A stretch of 64,000 nucleotides of DNA from Prorocentrum cordatum (taxonomy: Eukaryota): NCBI GenBank assembly GCA_963575745.1, contig CAUYUJ010000259.1:496001-560000 (forward strand), in the 5' to 3' direction. The notes under the pieces were generated by a model that did no database searches, was not told the origin of the DNA, and saw only the letters and a list, made by a program, of their open reading frames with translations. Position numbers and translations under genes: made by a program. Below are positions 51,301-59,448 of this stretch, piece by piece (within the stretch, counting starts at the first letter, position 1; each line of letters begins with the position of its first letter).

Positions 51301-53603
51301 ATCCCGCCTGACCCGCTGCCCAATCTGGCGCACCAGCCCCCCAGTTGGGCTCGAGCCTCCTCAGCCCTTCCCGCGAAGACCCCCCCAGCAGTGTTTCTTG
51401 GAGAGGAGGAGGAGGAGGAGGAGGAGGAGGAGGAGGAGGAGGAGGAGGAGAAGGAGCAGTTGACTCCTGGCCTCCCCGCGTGCGCCCCCTCGCCCCCCCC
51501 GCGGGAGGGCGAGGAGGAGAGCGCCGCGGGAGCGGGGGGAGGCAGGGGCCGGCAGGCGGAGGCTGGAGCACCGGCGAAGTGGGGCGGGCGCACGGGTCAG
51601 GATCGGGTATAGCCAGGGCCCCGGGTAAGGGGACTTGGGTTAGTGGTAGGGCCCTGGGGCCCCTCAATTGGCCAGGTTCGCTAAACCAGGTTTGCCGTAG
51701 CTGGTGTTTTTCGGGTGACGGCAGTTCCGGTCAGTGGAAATGGGACGGGGAGGCGCCCCCAGTACAAATCACTAAGCCAGGTTCCACTAAACCCAGTTCT
51801 GCCAACGCCCGACAGGAGGGGACAGAAGCACGCAAGTGAGTGCCCACAAATAACAGGAGTCCCCATCTTGTCCCCTACTTTCTGGGCCTCCGTCTTCCCC
51901 CCCCCACCTGCCATGTTTTCCTGTAGTTCCTGGGGAGTCGAGGATGACTTGTGTCAGTGTGTTTTTTTTCCCCTGACCTGTGCGTTGGCCCCGCACACGT
52001 CAGGAGAGGAAGAAACACACAGACACAAGTCATCCTCGACCCCCCAGGAAAATATGGGAAAACATGGGAGGTGGGGGGGAAGGCAGAAACCCACCAAATT
52101 CGGCAAGACATGGGGACTCCTGTTATTTGCGTGTATTTATTTGTGTGTCCCAGGGCCCCTTCAGCACAGGGGGGAGCCATCGGAGGCTGGTAGACCTCCT
52201 GCCCTGACACGTCGATGGACAAGCGAGTTGGTCTTTTTCGGTCCGCGAGGGGGCGTCGCGGCCGTCGTTTTCTGCGGGTCCAGGTCCGTCGGCTTCGGAC
52301 CGAGGCCGTTTTCACGAGAGGGTGGTTTTTGTGAAGTGAGGTGTGTCCACCGCCGAAGCTGCGGGGCTGTTTTGAGGGGGGCGGCCTCACCCTGGAAGAG
52401 GGAGGGTGGGGCCTCGGAGAAGGCAGGGGGCATTCCTGTGGGGCTCAGCCTCAAGTCGGGCACGTCCCTCTGCAGCAGGAGTCTTAAAATAGTAAAATAA
52501 TTGTCTGTTTCTGAATGTTTTCGACCATGTTTTGCGTATTTTTGATTGTTCTTCCAAAATCCGTTTGTAGGGGGACATGGCCGACCTAAGCTTAGCCTGA
52601 GGGCTTCTACGGATGCCGCTTAGAAGCCTTCCTAGAAGCCCCCCCCCCTCCAAGAAGGACGCCCATGTCGAGAGCCCCCCCCCTGTGCGCGCCGCCAAGC
52701 GACCTCGGCGACTCGCCCCGGACCGAAGGACAACGACTCGCAGCGCCTGACGATCAGCGAGTACATCGAGAGCCTGCTCAGACAAGACACGTATGCGCAG
52801 GGGCAGGGCCGCTCCGACGTCCCCTACGCCCCGCTTCCTCCCATCCTCCTCTCATTCCCGCCTCCCTTCCTCGTCTCCTTCTCCTCCTGCTCATCCCCCC
52901 TCCTATCCCTCCCCGTCATCATCCCCCGTCCTCCTCCTCCTCCTCCTCCTCCTTATCTTCCTCCTCCTCCTCCTCCTCCTCCTCTTCTAGGCCCTGGCAG
53001 TGTCGGAGAGAGGGAGGCTGATATGCAATATGTTGCCCTTTTCCGCTCCGATCACTGGGCGTCTCCCCCAGAGGTCTCTTCGGGGGCACAATGCGTACAG
53101 GTCCGCGTCATCTCTCCCTCCTCTCACAGACACGGCCAGGTGTTCCCCCAGAGAGCTCTTTGGGAGGGGGTTCCGCAGGTATCCTGGAGGCTCAAATATA
53201 GGAGATAACAGCAGACGACCACGTCGACGAGGGCGGCGAGGAAGGGGAGAGGGCGATGTCGAGAGCGAGAGCGAGGACGACGAGGACCCATTGCCTCGCA
53301 GGCTCCCTACTATTGTTCCTGCTTTCTCTGCCCCGCTTCTCACCTGCTGCGCTCTCCTAGGTCACCTGGACTCGTCTCTCGGCTGCTCGCACCTCGCCTC
53401 GATCAGCCCGTCAGCGCTTCGCCGCACAGGCGCTCCAGCTCTGCTGCCTGAGCCGGCGCAGCGCAGAAACATAACGAGGAGGACGGAGACGACCGCGCGT
53501 CCTCGCCGAGTCGCCCGCACGCCCGGTGCCGGCCCCCGGGCCCCCGCCGGCTTTCTCCACGATCATCCCTCGGATCCCCGCGGGGAAGAAGCGCCAGATC
53601 GAG
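2790..53603 (+). CDS. PRP38B: PRP38-family (PRPF38B-like) pre-mRNA splicing factor; 12 exons in window, partial at both ends
   Basis: Exons join in frame: ERMEEEKKKKAETQAQ|IRDKFRHRE|AEAKRCHLHAGKPKNSCKFCKRYQ|EFVDSQKKEE|EAHKSSASGG-S|RKGGSGYRFMGALEIANPKTFGFTPLLQSHIVESQHYKQ|VMMMETFEELVEEARTYIEGIKPYQQ|NSNTVPSAMMVVLYRMFTHGIDGRQLQILVDMEGSPYVRCLGFLFIR|VGLHPEEFLPWL-S|EYMLDEEEFYVSK|DNDSQRLTISEYIESLLRQDTY|FSTIIPRIPAGKKRQIE. SPYVRCLGFLFIR, LDEEE, TISEY and FSTIIPRIP follow the PRP38B motif order (SPYIRALGFMYIR, LDDEE, TIGEM, FSTLFPRIP), recalled from memory. Confidence 0.88.
5829..5985. mobile_element. Family B MITE (~30-bp TIRs, AT-rich core, 8-bp TSD)
   Basis: tcaagtcgggcctgtccctctacaggagga / tccgcctgtagggggacatgcccgacctaa; TSD ttctagcc on both sides. 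Confidence 0.85.
6166..6382. mobile_element. Family E MITE (aggcctcccagatggggtc TIR, gcatcg/cgatgc core)
   Basis: Long TIRs shared with 44736-44991 and 46884-47116. Confidence 0.78.
7318..7344 (+). CDS. PRP38B: PRP38B-like exon (IRDKFRHRE)
   Basis: cccaag acceptor, GAG|GA donor, phase 0; only 27 nt so less certain. Confidence 0.5.
8087..8216. repeat. Fold-back dispersed repeat (cgctccgcgcggatttcttggat...atccaagaaatccgcgcggagcg), about 12 copies
   Basis: Related copies near 1060, 3175, 3470, 10130, 16885, 17070, 25220, 35175, 40580-40800, 41305, 47925, 59600. Confidence 0.7.
8761..8832 (+). CDS. PRP38B: PRP38B-like exon (AEAKRCHLHAGKPKNSCKFCKRYQ), Cys/His motif
   Basis: C-rich tract plus ccag acceptor; CAG|GA donor; strong GC3 codon bias. 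Confidence 0.75.
10975..11308. repeat. 12-bp minisatellite (gatccgcatagg)n
   Basis: Directly visible diverged units. Confidence 0.85.
11540..12392. repeat. (GTT)n/(GTC)n triplet tract
   Basis: Directly visible. Confidence 0.95.
14361..14585. mobile_element. MITE-like element; second copy ~42300-42495
   Basis: ccccaaacgtggtggtga / tcaccacctggttt TIRs; collinear cores. Confidence 0.65.
14634..14663 (+). CDS. PRP38B: PRP38B-like exon (EFVDSQKKEE)
   Basis: gcag acceptor, GAG|GA donor, phase 0. Confidence 0.6.
15470..15641. mobile_element. MITE-like element; inverted second copy ~17141-17311
   Basis: cggggatggacagaacccc / ggggttctgtccacccccg TIRs. Confidence 0.65.
19155..19186 (+). CDS. PRP38B: PRP38B-like exon (EAHKSSASGG + AG)
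   Basis: cccag acceptor, AG|GA donor in phase 2, matching the phase needed at 35886. Confidence 0.6.
20613..22085 (+). mobile_element. Nested element with asymmetric IRs (acctaacagcga / tcgctgttaggt), ending in AATT
   Basis: Absent from the sister copy (empty site gtgtttttcaggcg). Perfect 12-bp IR at 20613-24 and 22056-67, the latter 18 nt from the end. Carries a 73-bp array and a GAG tract. Confidence 0.72.
20734..21231. repeat. Tandem array of ~7 units of 73 bp
   Basis: Unit starts at 20734, 20806, 20879, 20952, 21025, 21098, 21171 (caac...cacttcgtgctcttcgagttcccagaactccattcccgggccacatt...). Confidence 0.92.
23359..24595 (+). mobile_element. Helentron/Helitron2-like non-autonomous element, copy 2
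   Basis: 5' tcccaccagccc (23361-72) pairs with subterminal gggctggtgggga (24563-75), followed by hairpin tacgc-gaa-gcgta (24576-88) and ..gaatt; no TSD seen. Confidence 0.75.
23767..24385 (+). repeat. Compound minisatellite: (ccccaagagg)n then (cccgaacgactcacacca + 5-12 nt)n; mirrored at 22130-22727
   Basis: Units directly visible in both element copies. Confidence 0.92.
25890..35160. repeat. Diverged long-period tandem array (~1.3-1.7 kb units) containing a (GAC)n tract at 27490-28110
   Basis: Anchor cccgcccacccgca..ttggtttgc..aaccc.tgcggcggcgattgcgatga recurs at ~25910, 27415, 28858, 29437, 30730, 32396, 33783, mostly followed by the same gcgcgaccgacgcggccgcggtggcg block. Confidence 0.75.
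35886..36003 (+). CDS. PRP38B: PRP38B-like exon (RKGGSGYRFMGALEIANPKTFGFTPLLQSHIVESQHYKQ), start of PRP38 domain
   Basis: Resembles the PRP38 N-terminal segment; CAG|GC donor; the acceptor could instead be a nearby in-phase AG (exon start 35889 or 35910). Confidence 0.8.
36585..36662 (+). CDS. PRP38B: PRP38B-like exon (VMMMETFEELVEEARTYIEGIKPYQQ)
   Basis: cgag acceptor, CAG|GA donor; matches the PRP38B 'TYHEVVDEIY...EPW' segment. Confidence 0.85.
37011..37150 (+). CDS. PRP38B: PRP38B-like exon (NSNTVPSAMMVVLYRMF...SPYVRCLGFLFIR)
   Basis: Most conserved PRP38 motif; ccgcag acceptor; AG|GA donor in phase 2. Confidence 0.92.
37913..38054. mobile_element. Family B MITE
   Basis: Both ends present; TSD ctttacaa / ctttccta. 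Confidence 0.72.
38812..39390. repeat. Tandem array of ~100-bp units (about 5.5 copies)
   Basis: gcgatctgcgaacctgtcgcc...gtccagcggagtgacgtccc.cgcagattcaga..agacctcgccatccctgggg repeated. Confidence 0.88.
41540..41577 (+). CDS. PRP38B: PRP38B-like exon (VGLHPEEFLPWL)
   Basis: Completes the AGG codon; A|GC donor in phase 1 fits the next exon (A+GT = Ser). Confidence 0.75.
41681..41840 (+). mobile_element. Family A element copy
   Basis: Same termini; TSD cgccct / agccct. Confidence 0.8.
41896..42077. mobile_element. Family G MITE-like element; second copy at ~195-554 with family A inserted in its right TIR
   Basis: agtatcgttcaacggatccccatcccc / ggggatggggatcggttaaacggtgct TIRs; core collinear with 200-382. 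Confidence 0.7.
43765..44408. repeat. (GAG)n polypurine tract, one of ~25 CCT/GAG tracts (others e.g. 667-1000, 21245-21912, 48505-49131)
   Basis: Directly visible. Confidence 0.95.
44635..45021 (+). mobile_element. Diverged family A copy split by a family E MITE
   Basis: TSD gagatg (44629-34 / 45022-27). Confidence 0.72.
44736..44991. mobile_element. Family E MITE, 5-bp TSD
   Basis: TSD tatgt (44731-35 / 44992-96). Confidence 0.82.
46056..46216 (+). mobile_element. Family A element copy
   Basis: Same termini; TSD aaaaaa. Confidence 0.8.
46884..47116. mobile_element. Family E MITE, 5-bp TSD
   Basis: TSD gcgga (46879-83 / 47117-21). Confidence 0.82.
47763..47803 (+). CDS. PRP38B: PRP38B-like exon (EYMLDEEEFYVSK)
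   Basis: ccaag acceptor, AAG|GA donor; matches the 'FLDDEE' motif. Confidence 0.8.
51826..52162. mobile_element. Two family A copies head-to-head (minus ~51826-51976, plus 52000-52162)
   Basis: Reverse-complement and forward copies 23 bp apart. Confidence 0.75.
52451..52589. mobile_element. Family B MITE
   Basis: TIRs; TSD gctcagcc / gcttagcc. Confidence 0.8.
52729..52794 (+). CDS. PRP38B: PRP38B-like exon (DNDSQRLTISEYIESLLRQDTY); 3' boundary uncertain
   Basis: gaag acceptor; aligns to the 'TIGEMLRSFLTKLEW' segment. Confidence 0.8.
53553..53603 (+). CDS. PRP38B: PRP38B-like exon (FSTIIPRIPAGKKRQIE); no adjacent AG acceptor
   Basis: Matches the 'FSTLFPRIP' motif; GAG|GC donor. Confidence 0.78.
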
Positions 53604-54532
53604 GCGCCATCCTCGCACGGGTGGGGGGGGGGGAGAGCACGAGGGGGGGGGAAGGGGGGGAGACGCGGGGTGGAGGAGGGGAGGGAGCGAGGGCAGGGCA
53701 GGAGGGCGGCGGGAGGCGGAGGGAGGGGGAGAAGGAGCACGAGGACGAGGGGGAGGGGGAGGAGGAGGAGGAGGCGGAGGAGGAGGAGGGAGGAGTAGAG
53801 GAGGAGGAGGAGGAGGAGAGGAGGGAGGAGGAGGAGGAGGAGGGGGAGGAGGAGGAGAGAGGCAGAAAGGAGGACAGGCAAGAAGTGGAGGGGTCCCGCT
53901 TGGATGGAGACTTCTATGAATTCGTATTGTGGCTGAGGCCGGGTAGCGTTGAGATCTGTTGTGGGGGAGGGAGGGAGGGGGTTAGGAAGTTGGTGAGGCG
54001 GAGGGAAAGAAGGAATTTTGAGGAGTGCGGAGGATGACGCGGGAGGCATGGAGGAATGATGAGGAAATGGGGGGGTCCTCCCCGCCGCTCTCCTCTTGTC
54101 TCTCCCTCCCTCCCCCCCTCTGGCCATTTCTCCTTTAGATTCTGTCCGCCGCCGCACTTGCTGGGGCCAGGCAAATGGGTCGGGTGGCGAAGGGGGTGAG
54201 GGGCACGGCATCTGCGGCGTGCAGTTGGTTGCGGCCCCGCCGCCAGGGCTCCGGGCTCCTGGAGGCGTTGGGGAAACCAGCTGCTCGACGCGATTCTCGA
54301 CCCCATCATTTTCTGTCCTACCATTTTTCAGGAGGGAAAAAAACATACAGACACAATGAATGGTCAACTCCCAGGAAAATATGGGAACAAAAACGCAGAA
54401 AATAAGAGAACATATTGGGAATCCTGTTATTTGTGTCACACCTGCGGGGTCACACCTGCTCAGTGTACTTACCATTTGCTCTTGCTCTTTTCTTCTCCCC
54501 GACGTCATCCCATACAGCTCGACATTGCATCG

Positions 54533-55641
54533 ATGTCTTCTTTGGGGGCCGGTGTCGACTCTTGTGCGCCAGGAACACCTGTCCAGCAGTTGTTCAAGCA
54601 GCACCGCATCCACAGTCCGCTGCAGGAAATGGACGGGTTCGACGACGCCGAGAGCACTCTTGCACGTCAGCAGCGGTTCCAAGCTCAACTGGCCGGTGCC
54701 GGTGGCAGCAGCAGCGACGACAAGAAGATCATGGGAGAGTCTGTGTCGATGAGCGCCTTCAGAGAGATCCTCAAGGAACAGTTTGACCCCATACGCCAGG
54801 ACATAAACGCGATCAAAACGCATGGAGTCTCGCGTGCAGATCTTGATGGTAACGTTGCTCCCATTGCCAGCGCCATCGACGGCATCACGACGCGTCTGGA
54901 GATCCTGGAGTCGCGGGATGCTTCGCGAGCGCCTACTCCACGACCATCTGCAAGGACAGGGTCGGAAGCGAGCATTGGCACAAACACATTCGGGAAATTG
55001 CAAGCTTTAGAACGTGAGGTTCAGCAACTCAGACGCCAAAGTGGTCCCAGAGTTCCTCACGATCCCAACGGCAAGCGCTCTGTTACAGCAGTCTTTGGGA
55101 ATCTGGATGGGTTCACTATGACGCATACGGCCTCCGCATGGTTGCGCGATCAGCTATCGCAGTGTGGTGGCCAATTACCCCATAACATGTACATGAAAAA
55201 GGGGACTCCACCAATATCCTGTTCGCGGCTTTTTCGGATGCGACAGATCCTGACACAGCAGTGGCTTTTATCAGGGACGCCCGTCTTCAACATAATGGTA
55301 AGGATATTTGGGCGTCACCCGACAGGCCGCCATTGGAGCGCGCGGCACGCAATTTTTGCTTCGGACTGAAGTACCTGTTGATGGACACTTTCAAGCTCCT
55401 TTACATCATCAAGATCACGGACGCCTCACCTTGCGAGGTCAGCGTGGGCGGAGAGCCCGCTCTTACAGTAACGGTGGCCGGCAATACTGCGATGAAGGAG
55501 TGGGCCGACACATGGGCCAGTTGGAAGGAACCCCAAGAACACAAAGGCCTCAAGGAGCTGGAAGATAAATGCAGCGCTTTACGTATTCGGTCCCTTGGCG
55601 GCATGAAGGGTCAGCCGAAGGGGAAATCGAAAGGGCATTAG
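54533..55641 (+). pseudogene. LINE ORF1 (coiled-coil plus RRM-like), one frameshift near 55200
   Basis: Heptad-like segments (ITTRLEILES, LQALEREVQQL), then TAVFGNL...WL...YMKKG / LFAAF...IWASPDRP..ER across two frames; basic C-terminus KGKSKGH*. Confidence 0.65.
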
Positions 55642-55969
55642 GAAACGCGGCACCTGTCAGGTGCAGTCCAGCCTGGCATGAGAGCCCCAAAAAACTTGTT
55701 GTTCCTAGTATTGGGCGTCTCTTGGGCAAAGATACCGTTGCGCCTTCAGCTACGGAGCTGCGCTCATGTTCTACAGCAGGCACGGGCAAAGATACCAGGC
55801 CGCTACACCTACATGCTGTTTTTGAACATGTTCATCTTCATTCTCTATTTCCCCAACTCCTTGTGCTACGACTTCGTCCTCCATTTGTCCAGCTTCATTG
55901 TCTTACTCTTCCACGCGGCTGCGCGCGCGGTTCCAGCCTCGACGAGAACGTCAACCACTTCGCACGCAG

Positions 55970-58810
55970 ATGTTTGGCACTTGGAATGTCGAAGGCCCCC
56001 GTGGGGATTCATATGTCAAGTTGTCTGAAGTAACTGTATCAATGGCTGCCCATCGCATCGCCGTCTTGTCCATACAGGAGATTCAATTACACGTATCCGA
56101 GTATTACGATTACGATGGGTTTATGGTTTGCTTATCTGGGGGGCCTGACGATGCAAAACCTTCTGTAGCGGGGGTCGGCTTCATCGTTGCTCCATTGGCC
56201 CGCTCTGCTATAGTAGCGTTCCAGGCGGTATCACCACGATTGGCGCCTTTACGCATCAGAGTGCAACATGGCATTTTGACGGTCGTGTCGGCCTACGCCC
56301 CACAGAGCAAGTACGATTGCGATGCCCGCCAGTCTTTCTTCGCAGAATTGCTGGAAACAGCGCGGCCAACGACGCAACGCAGCACTGCGTTTGCATTGGG
56401 CGACTTCAGCGCCAAGTTACTCCAGCAACATCCCGGCGAAGAGCAATACATTGGTCCACGTCTCTTTCTTGCTGATTCTCTTCATAGTTCCGTACATTTG
56501 ACAAGCGCATCAAACAGGCAACTTCTGCTTGAACATTGTGTCGCTACGGATATGGTTATTGCGAATGCGTTTCTTGACATTCCGGACGATCAGCGAGTTG
56601 CACGCAGAGATCTTGGCGCTGCCCCAATGGACGACGATATTTCGCCAGATAAGTTCGCTCAGATCGACCATGTGCTTCGTCATACCTCTATGTTTCCTTG
56701 GGTGAAGCTCTGCAGAACGCACCGGGGCGTTACTCTTACCAGCCACCAGTATTTGTTGACGGCGGAATTTGGCTTACAATTTCAGGCCTCGGCGGCGCAT
56801 GCACGAGCCTATGTCGACAATGCTTCGGCGCGGGGCCCGGCCTTGCAGATCGATTTCACGAAGCGTTTTTACAGCAAGTGACAATCTTTTAGCGTTGCAA
56901 GTTGTTCTCCTGGCGAAGTTGCGGAGCAAATCGAAGATGCGTTTGGCGCTGCTGCAGATGCGTTGCCTCGCGGGGCTCAGCCGGCCGGGCGACCTTGGAT
57001 ATCGCGGGCTACTTTGGACCTCATCGAACAGAGGAACAATTGCAGGCGAATGGGCGACGCTCGCAACGAGAGCTCTCTCAACAAGGCGATCCGGAAGGCA
57101 GCGCGGGCTGACCGCACAACTTGGATGAACGATTCTCTGGTGGGGGGGAACTGGGGCGCAGTCAATAAGCTACGGGAGAAGCCTCAGACAAAGCACGCTG
57201 GTGTCAGGGACATGAACAACAACTTGACCGATGCCGCGAGCCGCCCGGATGCTTTGGCCGACTACTCCGAGAAAGCGCAGTGGCAAGTTACTTTCCCAGA
57301 AGTGGTTCCTACAGCTACCCGCCCTCTTTGCAAAGAGTTGTCCATGGACGTGCGTCAATTTACATTGAACGAACTGACTTTCGCGTTGAGAAAGATGAAG
57401 AGCGGAAAATCAGCTGGCCCTGATGACGCACCACCAGATTTTCGGAAGGTTGTATCTACAGATGTACACGCTTGCCAAGTACTATTGCACGTTTGTCGAC
57501 GGTGTTGGCCCCAGAAAGACATACCGGAAAAATGGCGCACGGCGAATGTCATGTTGTTTTTTTCAAGAAAGAAGACGCAATTTTACCAAGCAACTATCGT
57601 CCGATCTCGTTGCTCTCGGTGGAATACAAAGCCCTCGCGGCGATGTTGCATCAGCGACTGCTTCAAGGAGGTGCAGAAGATCGATTGCGACACTTGCAGT
57701 TTGGATTCCGGCCTCGCCGGGGCACCGCCGACGCGCTCATGCTCGTGAGGCGTATGATCGACGCAACGCTGATGAATAATAACGGTGGTATTATTTTGCT
57801 TCTCTTTGATTGGGCCAAGGCTTTCGACCGATTGGAGCCAGAGTGTGCGTGCGCAGCTTTGACGAGATTTGGGGCGCCGCAACCCTTCGTGGAAATGGTC
57901 AGAGGAATTTATTCGTGCAGGTATTTCATTATACTAGACCATTGTGGTAAATCTTCGCAACGACGCCAAGCTGCCGGTATTGCACAGGGATGCCCGTTGT
58001 CACCGTATTTACTTATTACTGTGCAGACGGTGACGCTTCAGGACCATCTGCCGGACCTGCGCCTTCAACAAGATCCAGGCTATGTGGTCTCTAGGGGTCT
58101 TCTGTGCGCCGACGACGCTGCGTTGGCATCTCAACATGAAGGAAAGCTACAGATCATGCAGGGCGCAATTGTGGCAGAGGGGCGGAGGTACGGATTGGAC
58201 TTGAATTGGGGCAAGACGGGGCAACTTCGAATCGGTTCTGTTGGCTTTGTGAGAACGCCGGATGGGGATCCGATCAAGATTGTCAAGGAAGCTATTTATT
58301 CGGGGAGGCTCGTAACCCATGGCGGACGCGTTGGCAATGAACTTTCGAGACGACTTGGAGAAGGCAGATGTGTTTGTTTCAACAACTTACTAAATTGTGG
58401 ACACACTCCGCGGTTGGTTGGCGACGCAAGATACTCATATACAACAGCTGCGTGCTCAGCAAACTGTTGTACTCGTTGGATTCGCCGTGGCTTCTCAAGC
58501 ACGACAGGGACAAGCTCGACGCATTCCACTGCGAATGTTTGCGCCGCATTTTAAGGGCCCCACATTCTTACATCTCGCGCGTCAGTAACGTGAACGTGCT
58601 GGAGAGAGCTGGATCACAACCGTTATCCTGAATCGCACGTGAGCGGCAAGTGCAACTCTACCGGAGAATTGCTTCTGAGACCGGCGGGTCGCTCGCGAGG
58701 CACACTGTGTGCAATCGCAACGGCGCGCCCAAAAATTGGGCTGACCGCAGACGCTGGGGGCGCCCCAGACAGCTAGGGGCAGCCTCTGTGTATCGAAGCA
58801 TAGCTGTCTT
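55970..58810 (+). pseudogene. LINE ORF2: AP endonuclease plus reverse transcriptase, disrupted
   Basis: APE motifs GTWNV, SIQE, SAYAPQ, GDFSAK, QIDHVL. RT motifs KSAGPD, NYRPISLLS, QFGFRP, FDWAKAFD, GIAQGCPLSPYL, CADD, GLDLNWGKT. Stops at 56879 and 58629; frameshifts near 57560 and 58370. Confidence 0.93.
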
Positions 58811-59296
58811 GTGACGTCACCCATAAATTCCGAACTTTTTAACGCGCCTACGCGTCTCTAAGGGATGCAAGGCCGCAGTCAGTCAGTCAGTGTAATTTGT
58901 GTGTATTTGTGTGTGTCTGTGTCTGCGTGTGTCCGCGTGCGCGCGTGTGCCCCTGGGCCCCTTGAATCTTGCCCCCCCCGACCGTCGTGGGAGGCCTCTG
59001 CGCGGGGATCGCTGCAAAGGGGCGAGGGCCCCTTCGATCAGAGGCGGGGCACATGGCAGGGCAAGGTCGACACAGTCAGAGGCGAACAGGCGGGGGGGGC
59101 AGAAGGGATCGAGTCTGTTGCGCGGGGCGCGCACGAAGGGCTGCGCGGCGCGGGCTGCCTTCTGAGCAGGCGAGGGGCTTCTCGGAAGGCGCGGGGCTTC
59201 CGAGCCGCCACCTGGGTTTGTGGGAACTCCTCTCGGGGGCCTCCAGGGGCCGTTTGAGGAGGTCCACCCCTGAGACCTGCCGTGGCCACACAAGTC

Positions 59297-59448
59297 TTCA
59301 TTCGGGTCTGTCCTTCTACAGGGGAACGATTCAAAAGGAGTAAATTAGTCTGGGGACTACTTTCCTCGAATTTATGTTACCATTTTGGAGTATCTGCCAT
59401 GGGTATTCCCTTGGGAAATCCCCCTGTAGGGGGACGTGCCCGACTTAA
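59297..59448. mobile_element. Family B MITE
   Basis: TIRs; TSD cacaagtc / cgcaagtc. Confidence 0.78.

Larger units (their letters stand above)
54437..58890 (+). mobile_element. Full-length, degenerate non-LTR retrotransposon (LINE, APE-RT type)
   Basis: ORF1 and ORF2 remnants; (CAGT)4 tail at 58876-58891; TSD tgttatttgtgt (54425-54436) / tgtaatttgtgt (58891-58902); lower GC and no triplet tracts compared with the flanks. Confidence 0.93.

Noticed and set aside
383..54037. Long poly-Pro/Ser/Leu/Glu/Arg/Gly ORFs in the track
   Set aside because: They are translations of CCT/GAG/GTC triplet tracts, open in several frames on both strands, and lie inside introns.
53411..55003. 530-aa minus-strand ORF
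   Set aside because: Antisense shadow of LINE ORF1 fused to a GAG tract.
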